DNA from: Azolla caroliniana
Taxonomy: Eukaryota; Plantae; Polypodiophyta
Direction: 5' to 3'
Assembly: GCA_043228905.1 (NCBI GenBank)
Contig: JBHGNT010000014.1
Location: 6,882,001-6,946,000 of the forward strand
DNA: 64,000 bases
In this document: in pieces, positions 49,670 through 60,328 of the stretch
Layout: every line of letters begins with the position of its first letter
How positions within the stretch are numbered: the first letter of the stretch is position 1
Notes under the pieces: generated by a model
Told to the model about the DNA's origin: nothing
What the model saw: only the letters and a program-made list of their open reading frames with translations
The model's database searches: none
Made by a program: the position numbers and the translations under genes

Positions 49670-51796
49670 ATGAAGGGGGCGGATCTTGCAGAGGCCATGG
49701 CTTCGGCCGTGGATCGGATAGTAAGCGCGCGCGAGGGCACCGGCGCCCTCGATAGAGCTATTGAGGCGGTCGTCGGAACGATCGGTCGATTCACTGGAAA
49801 AGATGCCACGAAGTACCTGGCGTCCTACGGTGCGGAAATGTTAATGCGGGACATTCCGGAAGACAGGCGTCTTGCCGGTTTTCCCCGAGTGGCGATGCCG
49901 AGCATCCACGCGGAGGTGCTCGAGGTGCGGGCGGAGAGCCGTACCTGGGAGGAGTTCGAAGGTCGGCTCCTGGAAAAATACGGACTGGACGACGCGCTCC
50001 GGCTTTCGAAGCGAAGCTTCATGGAGTGGGTGGAGTCTCCCGGGAAAGGAAGGAATGCGTCGGCACTCCTCCGGGAGTTCGAGGAGAACTTCGCGCGCCT
50101 TTCGGCGCTTGACAGGATGGTCCTGGATACAAGCCGGGTCCTGCTGTTCGTCAAATCGGTTGACGAGAGGGATCGGAGTCACGTGGGCGCCCTGCTAGAA
50201 ACCGAAGACGGGCTGACAGCCGACTGGGCGGCGGTCAAGAGAGCCTGCGGCCGTTTCGACAAACGGCGAGAATGGGAGGATGACAGAGCAGCCGGGTCGG
50301 GCTCAGTCGCGGCGAGGAAACTCGAGCCGGCGCAGCCGGTGCGAAGGGAAGAGACTCGGGAATGGCTGGAATCCGGTTCAGCTCCGACCGGCGTGATCAG
50401 AGGCTCGACTGGAGGAGCTGCGTTGGAGGAACTGACGAGGGCGATAAAAGACCTCCAAATCGCACAAGCCCGCAGAGAAGGCGGAGAACCTGCTCGTGAC
50501 CGACGGCCGGCGGCAGGGAACAGGTGCATGTGGTGCGACGGGGTCGGCCACATCCGAAAAGACTGCGGCGATTTCGCAGAGGCGCTGAGGAACCGGGTGG
50601 TGTACCTATGGGAAGGCCGGGTTCACGCCAACGACACGAGAAGGGCCCTAAACCGAAACGACGGGCGAGGCGGAATGAAGAGGTTGATGGAAGAGGCGGC
50701 GGCCCGACATGCGGAAACCGTCCACTACTCGGCGTCGGCCGGTATTCGAGTCGGGGGCGGCGAGGCCCGAAAGGAAAGCAAAGCCGGATTCTGGCCGACG
50801 ATGCTGGAAGGCCTTGCCGGTGCAGGGCTTAAAGGGGAGGAATCGGACCGTGCGGAGAAACGGGTACGGGAGATGACCGGGTGGAGCGACCCGGTCGAGG
50901 AAAAGACGGGCTTCGTGGAAGCCGCTTGCCGGAACTACGAGGCTCTGGTAGAAGAGAAGCGGGTGGGGAAACCCGGGACGACCGGGCCCTCACAACGATA
51001 CGAGACCCGGTCCGGGCCACGACGGGACGAAGCCGGCGGGGCCGGTACGCAAGATAAACCCCAGAAGGGCGGGTACCGTCTGGGGACGGAGATAGAAAGA
51101 ACCACGGACTTACGAAAGGTCCTGGAGGAACGGATCCTCGACAGCAAGGTGGAGCTGTCGCTACGGGAGGTGCTGGGAATCGCCAAGAAGGAGTTCCACG
51201 ACTCCATCGTGGACTTGGTGAAACGGAAGAGGCTGTCAACGGAGACAGAACCGGAAAGACCGGTGGAAGTGCGGACGACGCACCTAGACAACATGGCGCT
51301 GGGAGACGAGTGGGCGGAAAGCCACTATTCGAGACCGCACTGGGCCCGAGCGACCACGGAAACCCCGGTGAAGATCGGCGATGTCCAGGAACCGGTGATA
51401 GCTTTGGTGGACCACGGATCGGAGATCAATTTGATGTCCATGGACTTCTATAAGAAGGGCAAATGGCCGATCAACACCAAGCACGGGTGGAAAATAAGGG
51501 CAGCAACGCGCGCCACCGAGGAACTGCACGGGGCCTGTCCGAATGTGCGAGTCAAGATCGGCGACGTCGAGATTGACCAGCACTTCTTCGTGCAGGAGAC
51601 GTCTTCGCATCCGGTCATACTGGGAGAGCCGTACATCACGGCGGCGCGGATGGAGACCAAGGTGTTGGACAATGGTTCGGCCTACGCGAGGGTCAAAAGC
51701 CAAGACGGGCGCCATTCGGTCCAGTTTCTGACGGTACGGCCGAACCACGAACGTAACCGCGACTCCCTCGGTTCCGATAACCGAGAGGATTTTTAG
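49670..51796 (+). CDS. gag: gag-protease polyprotein
   Basis: 708 aa. CMWCDGVGHIRKDC zinc knuckle; aspartic protease ALVDHGSEINLM...ILGEP. Confidence 0.92.
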   Translation: MKGADLAEAMASAVDRIVSAREGTGALDRAIEAVVGTIGRFTGKDATKYLASYGAEMLMRDIPEDRRLAGFPRVAMPSIHAEVLEVRAESRTWEEFEGRLLEKYGLDDALRLSKRSFMEWVESPGKGRNASALLREFEENFARLSALDRMVLDTSRVLLFVKSVDERDRSHVGALLETEDGLTADWAAVKRACGRFDKRREWEDDRAAGSGSVAARKLEPAQPVRREETREWLESGSAPTGVIRGSTGGAALEELTRAIKDLQIAQARREGGEPARDRRPAAGNRCMWCDGVGHIRKDCGDFAEALRNRVVYLWEGRVHANDTRRALNRNDGRGGMKRLMEEAAARHAETVHYSASAGIRVGGGEARKESKAGFWPTMLEGLAGAGLKGEESDRAEKRVREMTGWSDPVEEKTGFVEAACRNYEALVEEKRVGKPGTTGPSQRYETRSGPRRDEAGGAGTQDKPQKGGYRLGTEIERTTDLRKVLEERILDSKVELSLREVLGIAKKEFHDSIVDLVKRKRLSTETEPERPVEVRTTHLDNMALGDEWAESHYSRPHWARATTETPVKIGDVQEPVIALVDHGSEINLMSMDFYKKGKWPINTKHGWKIRAATRATEELHGACPNVRVKIGDVEIDQHFFVQETSSHPVILGEPYITAARMETKVLDNGSAYARVKSQDGRHSVQFLTVRPNHERNRDSLGSDNREDF

Positions 51797-54700
51797 AGAG
51801 GGCTGCCAAGGCGTGGGGCCGCGACAGTCCGGACACCCCGGGAAAACCCCACACCTGTATGATAAAACCGAAGAAACCTTGTACCATAGGTAGGGAATTT
51901 TTGTTCTCCGACAGCGGAGCGTGTGCGATGGTCGGCATCGCCGGCCGAGAGAAAACAAAGACGGAGGCGAGACTTCGAGCGTGCGGAGTTCTCGGCCCGG
52001 ACGAGGAAATCAACAGAGCCGTGGAGGCGGTCTCATTCGACGACACCTTGGGAATGCTGGGAAAGGTAGTCGAAGAAGGCCTTAACGAAGACCGGACGAT
52101 ACCGGTGTGTTCCGAGGAGATGTACGAAGTCATCGCGGACTTCGGTCGAGGGCTCGAGTCAGTTCGGACGGCCCACGTAAACACCAAGTACAAGACTGTG
52201 GACCGGAAGGTAAGGCCAGTAGCGGCACCCTTACCGGAGGACAGCGCGTCGAGAATCAAAGGGGTTGCATCGGACCCTAGTCTACGAGATCCGGCCCGCA
52301 TAGGGCACACCTTTACTGACGAGACGCTCCGAGAGCTCAAAATCGGTGGGGGCGGGTTCCTACTGCCGGCGGAGGAAGACCGGTTTCGGAGAATGCTCGG
52401 AAGGCACGGGAAAGCCTTCGCATTCTCGCCGGAGGAAATCGGGTGCGTTGACCCGACGATCGTGGAGCCGATGGTGATATTCACGGTACCGCATGTACCA
52501 TGGAATCTCAAGCCAATCCCGGTTCCGAGAGCTCACATCCCGAAGTTGATGAAGCTGCTGAGGCAGAAAATTGATATGGGAATTCTCGAGCCGTCGAGCG
52601 CCCCATATTCGAATCGATGGTTTACCGTACCGAAGAAAAACGGTTCGCTGCGCTTCATCCAGGACCTGCAGCCGGTCAATCGAGTGACCATTCGGAACGC
52701 AGGGATCGGACCGACCATAGACGAGTTCGCGGAGGCCTTCGCCGGAAGGTCAATTTACTCGGTCGGGGATCTATACTCAGGGTACGACCAGTTCCAGCTA
52801 GCCGTGGAGAGCAGAGACATTACGACGATGCGAACTCCCCTCGGCCTAGTTCGGATGTGTACACTGCCGCAAGGAGGGACCAACTCGGTGGCCCACATGG
52901 TGAATGCGATGAACAAGGTTCTGAGGGACTGTATCCCGGACATCACCATGCCGTTTCTGGACGACATCCCGATCAAGGGATGCCCGGTGGAAGAAAAGGA
53001 CGAGACGATCGGGCCGGACGGATGCCGGCGATTCGTGGCGACGCACATCGACGACTGCGAGAAGGTGCTGCAAAGGCTAGAGGATGCGAGACTCACCTTC
53101 TCCGGGGAGAAGTCGGCCTTCGGGCAGTCAGAAATCATGGTGGTCGGACACCTGTGCAGACCATATGGCCGGAAACCGTCTCCGGCAAAGGTAGAAGCCA
53201 TCTCCGCGATGAAGCCCGACTGCAGCTCGGTCACGGAAGTACGGAGATTCCTGGGGGCATGCGCGTTCTACCACATGTGGATCCCGCATTACGCACACGT
53301 CGCGGAGCCACTGTACGGGTTGCTGAAAAAGGGGCGAAGGTTCGAATGGCAAGACGAGCACGCGGAATCGGTCCGGAAGCTGAAAGAGGCCCTTGCAGCG
53401 GCACCGGCACTCCGGAAGGCGGTATACGGGAAGGGTACCCCGGTATTCATAACGGTGGATACCAGTCCGACCGGGATCGGATGGGTCGTGAACCAGGAAG
53501 ACGAGGACGGCAATCGGTTTCCGATCCGATTCGGCGCGAAGGTCCTCAGTGAACGGCAGCGAGGATACGCCCAGGTTAAACGCGAACTCTGGGGTATTGT
53601 TTCGGCGGTTAAGGCCGACAAAGACTACCTGATAACGACAGAAGTGATCATCGAGACGGATTGCCTGCCGATTCTCGGAATGGTTTCCGGATGCGCGACT
53701 CCGGACCTGGCGATGCTCAGGTGGATAGCGTACATCAAGTCCCTGGACCCGGAAATACGACACCTTTCCGGGAAAGACAACGCCATGGCCGACATGCTTT
53801 CGAGGGCGAGGTTCGACGACGAGGGCGGCATGGTTTCGGAAGACGAAGAAGTCGGCGTGGATTTCTTCGAGGCGGCATACATAACGACCGACGGGATGAG
53901 CACTCCGGCGCTTAACGAGTTCGACGCGAGCAAGTACGACGGGGAGTGGCTGCAGATCGGCGGGTTTTTGAAGACAATGACGCCCGATGCGTCATGGACG
54001 AAGGACGAGGCCAACCGGATCCGGAAGAAAGCATATCGATTCTTTCTCCGAGATGGGCATCTATGGAAGCACCCGAAGAAGAGGGACGGCGTCCCGCTCC
54101 GGGTGGTGGCGATGAAGGAAGTACAGGAGGAGCTACTGGCGGCCTACCACGACAGCCCTTGGGCTGGACACCGTGGAACGTGGGCGACGTTTGAGAAGCT
54201 GAAGGGGAAGTACTGGTGGCCGGGATTGTACCGGGACGTGCATCGGTTCGTGTCAACTTGCGAGAGTTGTCAGATGCACTCGATAGTCCGACACCGGGAC
54301 GGGCTTCACCCTACGTACCCTCCGACTATCCACTTCAAATGGATGGTAGATCTGGTGACGATGCCGATGGGGGTAGGACAGATGCGGTATCTGGTCCTAG
54401 CGCGGGAAGACCTGACGAACCAGGTGGAAGGCCGAGCCCTTCAGAACAAGACGACCGCGGCCGTGTGTCGGTTCCTAGTCGAGGACGTGATATGCCGGTA
54501 CGGGTGCGTCGGGAAGATCGTGGCTGACCGAGGGGAGTTGGACGCCGAAGAGGCCGCGGCGCTGTTCGACCGGCTTGGAGTCAAGCTCTCGCTCACCACT
54601 GCGTACAATCCGGAGGCGAATGGAAAGGTGGAGCGCGGACACGGACCGATCGTCAAGGCGTTGATTCGGGCATGCGGAGGCCGAGTCGGTAACTGGCCGC

Positions 54701-55284
54701 AGCTGCTACCTTATGCTTTGTGGGCAGACCGGACCACGCACAGTTCGGTAACCGGGTACATGCCGACGGAGCTCATGTTCGGCCAGAAGCCGATCATGCC
54801 GATTGAACGGACGATCTCCTCGTGGGCAACGGTCGACTGGAGGGACGAGATGAACCGGGAGGAGTTGTTGACCGCACGTATACGACAGCTCGAGCGGAGA
54901 CCGGAGGACGTGGCACTGGCTACGGAGAAGCTCCGGGTGGCGAGGACAAAGAACAAAGCCCGGTTTGACCGAACGCACCGGCTACGACCGAAGAAAATCG
55001 ACGAAGGTGACTGGGTGCTCGTCTACGACAGCAGCCTCGACAACCAGCACCGAGCAACAAGGAAGTTCGCACGGAGATGGTTCGGGCCGTACACGGTACA
55101 GAGCGCCAACGACAACGGGACGTATCATCTGGCGGAACTCGACGGTACGAGAATAGCGATACCCGTGGCCGGGAAGAGGATCAAAGCTTTCAAGAAGCGG
55201 CACGACGACGAACCCGACCCGATTCTCCTGGACAGCAGCGACGACCGATCCGAGGCCGAGGAAGGGCCGGCAGGCGAAGAGTAA
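51781..55284 (+). CDS. pol: pol (RT-RNase H-integrase), in -1 frame relative to gag
   Basis: Frame open from 51781; FIQDLQPVN, FLDD, VDTSP, HDSPWAGH..CESC, VADRG, WFGPY. Confidence 0.93.
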   Translation, partial: PRGFLERAAKAWGRDSPDTPGKPHTCMIKPKKPCTIGREFLFSDSGACAMVGIAGREKTKTEARLRACGVLGPDEEINRAVEAVSFDDTLGMLGKVVEEGLNEDRTIPVCSEEMYEVIADFGRGLESVRTAHVNTKYKTVDRKVRPVAAPLPEDSASRIKGVASDPSLRDPARIGHTFTDETLRELKIGGGGFLLPAEEDRFRRMLGRHGKAFAFSPEEIGCVDPTIVEPMVIFTVPHVPWNLKPIPVPRAHIPKLMKLLRQKIDMGILEPSSAPYSNRWFTVPKKNGSLRFIQDLQPVNRVTIRNAGIGPTIDEFAEAFAGRSIYSVGDLYSGYDQFQLAVESRDITTMRTPLGLVRMCTLPQGGTNSVAHMVNAMNKVLRDCIPDITMPFLDDIPIKGCPVEEKDETIGPDGCRRFVATHIDDCEKVLQRLEDARLTFSGEKSAFGQSEIMVVGHLCRPYGRKPSPAKVEAISAMKPDCSSVTEVRRFLGACAFYHMWIPHYAHVAEPLYGLLKKGRRFEWQDEHAESVRKLKEALAAAPALRKAVYGKGTPVFITVDTSPTGIGWVVNQEDEDGNRFPIRFGAKVLSERQRGYAQVKRELWGIVSAVKADKDYLITTEVIIETDCLPILGMVSGCATPDLAMLRWIAYIKSLDPEIRHLSGKDNAMADMLSRARFDDEGGMVSEDEEVGVDFFEAAYITTDGMSTPALNEFDASKYDGEWLQIGGFLKTMTPDASWTKDEANRIRKKAYRFFLRDGHLWKHPKKRDGVPLRVVAMKEVQEELLAAYHDSPWAGHRGTWATFEKLKGKYWWPGLYRDVHRFVSTCESCQMHSIVRHRDGLHPTYPPTIHFKWMVDLVTMPMGVGQMRYLVLAREDLTNQVEGRALQNKTTAAVCRFLVEDVICRYGCVGKIVADRGELDAEEAAALFDRLGVKLSLTTAYNPEANGKVERGHGPIVKALIRACGGRVGNWPQLLPYALWADRTTHSSVTGYMPTELMFGQKPIMPIERTISSWATVDWRDEMNREELLTARIRQLERRPEDVALATEKLRVARTKNKARFDRTHRLRPKKIDEGDWVLVYDSSLDNQHRATRKFARRWFGPYTVQSANDNGTYHLAELDGTRIAIPVAGKRIKAFKKRHDDEPDPILLDSSDDRSEAEEGPAGEE
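51787..51852 (+). promoter_or_regulatory. putative -1 ribosomal frameshift signal (G_GAT_TTT + H-type pseudoknot)
   Basis: Heptamer 51787-51793; stems 51800-51805/51825-51830 and 51813-51818/51847-51852. Confidence 0.75.
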
Positions 55285-58200
55285 AGGCGGGCCGGTTTTC
55301 TCCGTGCCAACTTAATTTGGCGCATGCCGGTGGATGCGCGGTTAGGTGGGGGCGGATGTCGTGAAGAAAACCGCCCACAAGAGGAATCGGAGGAACAAGG
55401 CGTGGGAAACGGCTCTACACACACACGCGCGCCAAGAAGTACCTAAGGACGAAGTAGGTACATACGAGGATCCTAGGTGGGTAGATTCGGTTGGTATGCA
55501 GTTAATGCCAAACGGCCTCTTGACGGGCTATAAAAGGAAGAGGAAGAATAGAAGTGGGGATCTCCCGCGGAGAGGACGAAGTGCTGCCGAACCGATTTCG
55601 GAGCTTCTCTCTCACTCCTGCTCTCTCTGTCTTCTGCTCCATCGCGTACCTGTGCAGGTTTCGAGGAGGCTTGCGCTGTTCCGTGGAACGCCCCGAGTGC
55701 GTCCTGCAGCACCTCCGACCTGTTTTCCCTTTCTGTGCGTCGCGACATACAGGGGTCGGCAGCTGTTCGCCGCCCTGTTCGTTTTCGTTAGTATCTATTT
55801 TGTGCCCCACCGTGGGTTGTAATACTTTAGTCTGTTATTTTCTTGCGTTCATAAGCACATATCTCTCGTTGTTGCGTCCATCTGCGTCGGCGTCTATTTG
55901 TGATCTCTGTTTGTTGGGCCGTGTCCCTGTGCAATCGTCGGTTCTGCGCAATCGGATCTTCGGTTCTGTGTAATCGGGTCTCTCTCTCTTACTCCTCTCT
56001 CTCTTGCTCTTCGGTTCGAGACCCCCGTGGTCCCTCCTCCTTTCTACACGCAAGGGCGTAGCAACCCCGACACCGCAGTACGCGTTGCGCACACTGAAGG
56101 TGCTCCTCGGTAGGTCACGCCATGAACTGACTGATCACCCCGACCGGATAACTTAGATCGGGTCGGGTGATGGTCAAGTAGATAAGGCTTCCGACAACTT
56201 GTCGGAACCTTGTCGGATCACAAACCTTGCCGGAATTGGGGCGAAGCTTGACAGTTCTGTCCAGAGAAGTCGAGACGGACTTACAGTCTGCCATACCGAA
56301 TTTGAAGAGCATATTCAGCGCGTAATGACGTTGGCTGATTAGTATGCCTTCGGGGGTGCGGATCACTTCGATCCCAAGGAAGTAATGAAGGTCCCCAAGA
56401 TCCTTCATGTCGAATGATGCCGCAAGCTGGAGCTTCACGCGGTTGATCTCACCTAGGTCGGCGCCGATGATGACCAAGTCATCAACATAGAGTAAAATAT
56501 TGACCGGCCCGAGTCAACCTTTCCTAATAAACAACGAGGAGTCCGATTTTGACGTCGCAAAGCCCATCCGACGCAGCCAATGCATGATTTTTGCATTCCA
56601 GGCATGCGGGGCTTGCTTCAGTCCGTAAAGAGACTTCTTCAATCGGCATACTGCCGACATGTTCCGTCCGGAGTGAAATCTGGGGGCTGTACCATGTACA
56701 CTTGGTCCTCAAGCTCACCTTGCAGGAATGCATTCTTTACATTCATCTGATGTAGGTGCCATCCCTTGGCCGCGGCTACTGCGAGCAAAACACGGACGGT
56801 CGTCATCTTTGCGACCGGCGTGAACATCTCATCGTAGTCGATGCCATGTTTCTGCGCGTAGCCTTTTGCCACTAACCAGGCCTTGTATCGGTTGACCGAG
56901 CCGTCGGTGTTGTACTTGACCTTGTACACCCACCTACATCTGATCGCCTTCACACCCTTCGGTGCGTCAACCAGATCCCAGGTCTCATTTTCCGCCAATG
57001 CGTGCATCTCTTCCTCCATCGCGGCGAGCCAATTCGCATCCTTCGCCGCTTCTGCATAGCTCCCCGGCTCACGCAATTCCGCTAGACGGGTCATGTACGC
57101 ATAGTGATGCGCCATGTACTCGTCGTATCCAAACCGTACAACTAGGTTCTTTTGGCGGGTAGATCGGCGTAATCAGTTATTAGCCGATGTCGAGGTCTTC
57201 TCGGCCAACCCGGACTTCGTTCCTGAAGGCCCGTCACCGCCTCCCTCGGAGTCGGACTCGCGTCGGTCTGACTCATTCCTTTCCGTGCCGGAATCCGACA
57301 GCTTCTTCTTCCCTTTCTCTTCGCGCGTAAGCCGTCTCCTCAGCTTCCTACGCGTGGAATGCACGGCCGAATCTCTACTACTCGCCGGCTCTTCATTGGA
57401 CTGGTCGTACCGACTCAATCGTCCATTTCCATCCACTTAAACGAACCGAAATCGGACTCTCTTCGGGGGTTCCGATTTCAAGCTTAGCCGGAGGCACCTC
57501 GGCCTCGCTGTACTCATCGTCAGAACTCGGATTGGAGGTGAGGTCCGGAGTCGGAGGCAAGTACCGGGACGCGGAAGCATCAAACACAACGTCGCGGCTC
57601 ACGCGCGGTTGTTTGGTACGCGGGTTATAGCACTTATAACCCTTCTGCTCGTCCGAATAGCCGACCAAGATACACTTCTCGGCTTTTGCATCCAACTTCC
57701 TCCTTTTCTCCTTCGGCACATGTACATACGCAATGCTACTGAAACTCGTAAGTGTCGCAAGTTCGGCTTTGTTCCAAAGTATAGCTCGTGCGCTGACACT
57801 TTTTCTCTGATCCGGTTCTGGATGTATACAACAGTTCTTACCGCCTCGGCCTAATAGAACTTGGGCAAGCTCTTCTCCTCCAGCATTGCGCGTGCAGCTT
57901 CCACAACTGACCGATTTTTTCTCTCGGCCATGCCGTTTTGCTCTGGCGTGTATCTACAACTGAATTCGCGCCGAATTCCCATCTGTTGTAGATAACCATT
58001 GAATTGACCGGAAAAGTATTCTTTTCCTCCATCTGACCGCAGGCACTTGATCTTTCTTCCTGTTTCCGTTTCCACGAACCCTTTGAGGTCCCGGAAATAG
58101 TCGAAGACTTCGCTTTTCCTCTCAATGAGGTAGATCCACGTGTGCCGTGTGTAGTCGTCCATGAAGGAGACAAAATATCGGCACCCGCCAAGACTAACGT

Positions 58201-59879
58201 TTTGTGCCGGCCCCCACACATCAGAGTGTATCAAGTCTAGCTTATTCCGGCTCCGATTACGCTCGTTTGGGAAAGGAAGTCGGTGTTGCTTCCCAAGCCG
58301 GCAGGCATCACAAATTTGTGCCTTCCGGCCACTAAATTTGGGCAATCCAAACACCACTTGTTTCGATTGCAGGTCTTGAAGCCGCTGGTAGTTGACGTGG
58401 CCTATCCGTTTGTGCCATAAGTCGATGTCTGACTCGACTTTTTTTCCCTTCGCGAACATTGCGGTGCCACCGTCAGTAGAGTCGAGGATAAACATCCTCC
58501 CATCTCTGCGCCCTTGTGCAATAATACGGCCTTCTTCCTCAATGAAGCACCCAAGATGCGTAAACCGAACTTGCATCCCCTGGTCGACGATCTGCCCGAC
58601 TGACACCAGATTCTTTGTGATGGTCGGGACGTGTAACAGTTCATAAGTTTCCCTTTCTGCCCGACATGGCTCAAGGGAACTTCACCGACATTCGCGATCG
58701 GATGCGGAGTGTCTTCTCCAGTTGCGACTACTCCTGGTTGCGTCGGTTTCTCAAGGTATGAGAACCACTCCTTGTGGCACGTCATGTGGTTTGACGCGCC
58801 GGAGTCGACATACCACACCTCGTCTAATTTTGGGGCGGACTATTTCATTGAGTTTGCTTCGTGTCTCGTCAGGAAGACTGACCCTTTTCCGGCTTTTCCG
58901 GATCCTTCGGCGTAGTGCGATTGCTGCCGATTTCCTTTGTCGGTATGTCCGGAGCAAGAGCTCTCCGACTCGGCGCGCTTCTTCCAACACTCACTCTCCC
59001 TGTGGCCTTTCTTGCCACAGTACCAGCATTCCGTGGCGGATTTCCCTTTCTGGTTCTCGTCGCCTCGAGTCCCCCTATTTCCGGAGGGTCCGGAATTACT
59101 GTTGGCATCACTTTGATGCGTTCTTCCTTGATCCCATCGGCCGCCTCCATTGCGTACCGACTCGCCTCGTCCGCCACGGCCACGGGGCCTTTCTCCCTCC
59201 GTGTAACCATCGACATAGCTCCAGTAACCATGTCCGAGCAGGTACTGGTGCATCTTGTAGGACCAAGATGCGTAGTTGGTTCTGTCGAGCTTCTCCGTTG
59301 GAAGCGAGCTAGCCATTCCTCTGTCCATCGTTTTCCTTGTTCTTCTTCGTTGGTTTTTCCTTCAAACAAAGTCAGTTGCAGAGGTTCTCAACCCTCGCGC
59401 TTTGATACCATGAAAAGAATGGCGTGCGGAAGCAATATAGGAAAACCGAACAACAAAAAATGCAGGTTCAATGGAAAGCTTAGGTCTTCACAATACGCAC
59501 GGGCGAAGACAGGGAGAGAGTAACACAAGAACTTAAATTCAAAAAATAATACTCAATCTGTACATAGGATGTGCTCAGTGAGCACTTTTATACAAGCCCT
59601 GACAGTGGGCTGACACAAGTACTGACAGTACTTGACTACTCATAAATGAGCCTCGACACTTACTCCCAAAACTATTCCTTACGAGGAATATCTTTCTAAC
59701 GGCCTTTCGGTCTACGCACCGATATGGCCTTTCTACGCACCGGTCTGCGTACCGGTTTTATGCACACAGTCTACGCACTGGTTACGCATCGTATTACGCA
59801 CAAATGTTGAGCTTGTCTCTCAACAGTAAAGAATCCGGTATGATTCTTGTGTAGCGGAATAGGTGAGAGATGTGCGTTA

Positions 59880-59910
<31 letters not shown>

Positions 59911-60227
59911 TAGAGGAGAGAAACAATAGATAGATTTTTTGTGAGACAATAGAATACTCAAGAAGATGTATATTATAAAGGAGATTAATCGACATAATTA
60001 CAAAGTAGGAGGAGAGTGCTTTATATAGTCACTCTTTCTCTTCATTAACAACCGAAGCTCATGGGTCATGGGGAATGTGAAAACTCATTAGTTATCTGTC
60101 ATAGAATATGATTCTATGACACATAGTTAATGTGTAGATAAGAGTGGTGACTTTTGACCTTTGAGTGCACACTCTCAAGGGTGTGTTCACACACTAGACT
60201 AGGTTGAGCTTGATTCTCAACAACGTT

Positions 60228-60328
60228 CTTAAGACTTACAAAAGTCGTGTCTGCTTCCTTACACCAAACAAACGCATGCCCCTTCTTGGTAAGTTGTGTG
60301 AGAGGCAAAATAAGCTTTGAGTAGTCCT
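60228..60328 (-). pseudogene. gypsy D RT-RH fragment (continues at 35216-35267)
   Basis: KDYSKLILPLTQLTKKGHAFVW..FVSLK. Confidence 0.75.

Larger units (their letters stand above)
48911..56072 (+). mobile_element. gypsy C2, intact, 4-bp TSD CCGC
   Basis: 716-bp LTRs 48911-49626 and 55357-56072, apparently identical. PBS 49630-49647, G-rich PPT before 55357, CCGC at 48907-48910 and 56073-56076. Confidence 0.96.
47857..59328 (-). pseudogene. copia G gag-pol (interrupted by C2)
   Basis: CWYCGKKGHRESEC, WYVDSGASNHM, SDGGKEY, YTDADWVG; frameshifts. Confidence 0.88.
47442..59825 (-). mobile_element. copia G, TSD GTAAA, inserted in B3 5' LTR
   Basis: 415-bp LTRs 47442-47856 and 59411-59825, PBS 59399-59410, PPT next to 47857, GTAAA at 47437-47441 and 59826-59830. 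Confidence 0.95.
35268..60222 (-). mobile_element. copia B3 containing E, G and C2; inserted in gypsy D RT-RH
   Basis: 3' LTR 35268-35711, PBS 47424-47435, 5' LTR split into 47436-47441 and 59831-60222. Degenerate TSD GCTTT/ACGTT; removal restores host SLKNAFTSTPILVH. Confidence 0.88.

Noticed and set aside
49825-55424. Numerous antisense and overlapping ORFs over C2 (likewise over A2, A5 and E)
   Set aside because: Shadow ORFs of GC-rich coding sequence with no recognisable motifs.
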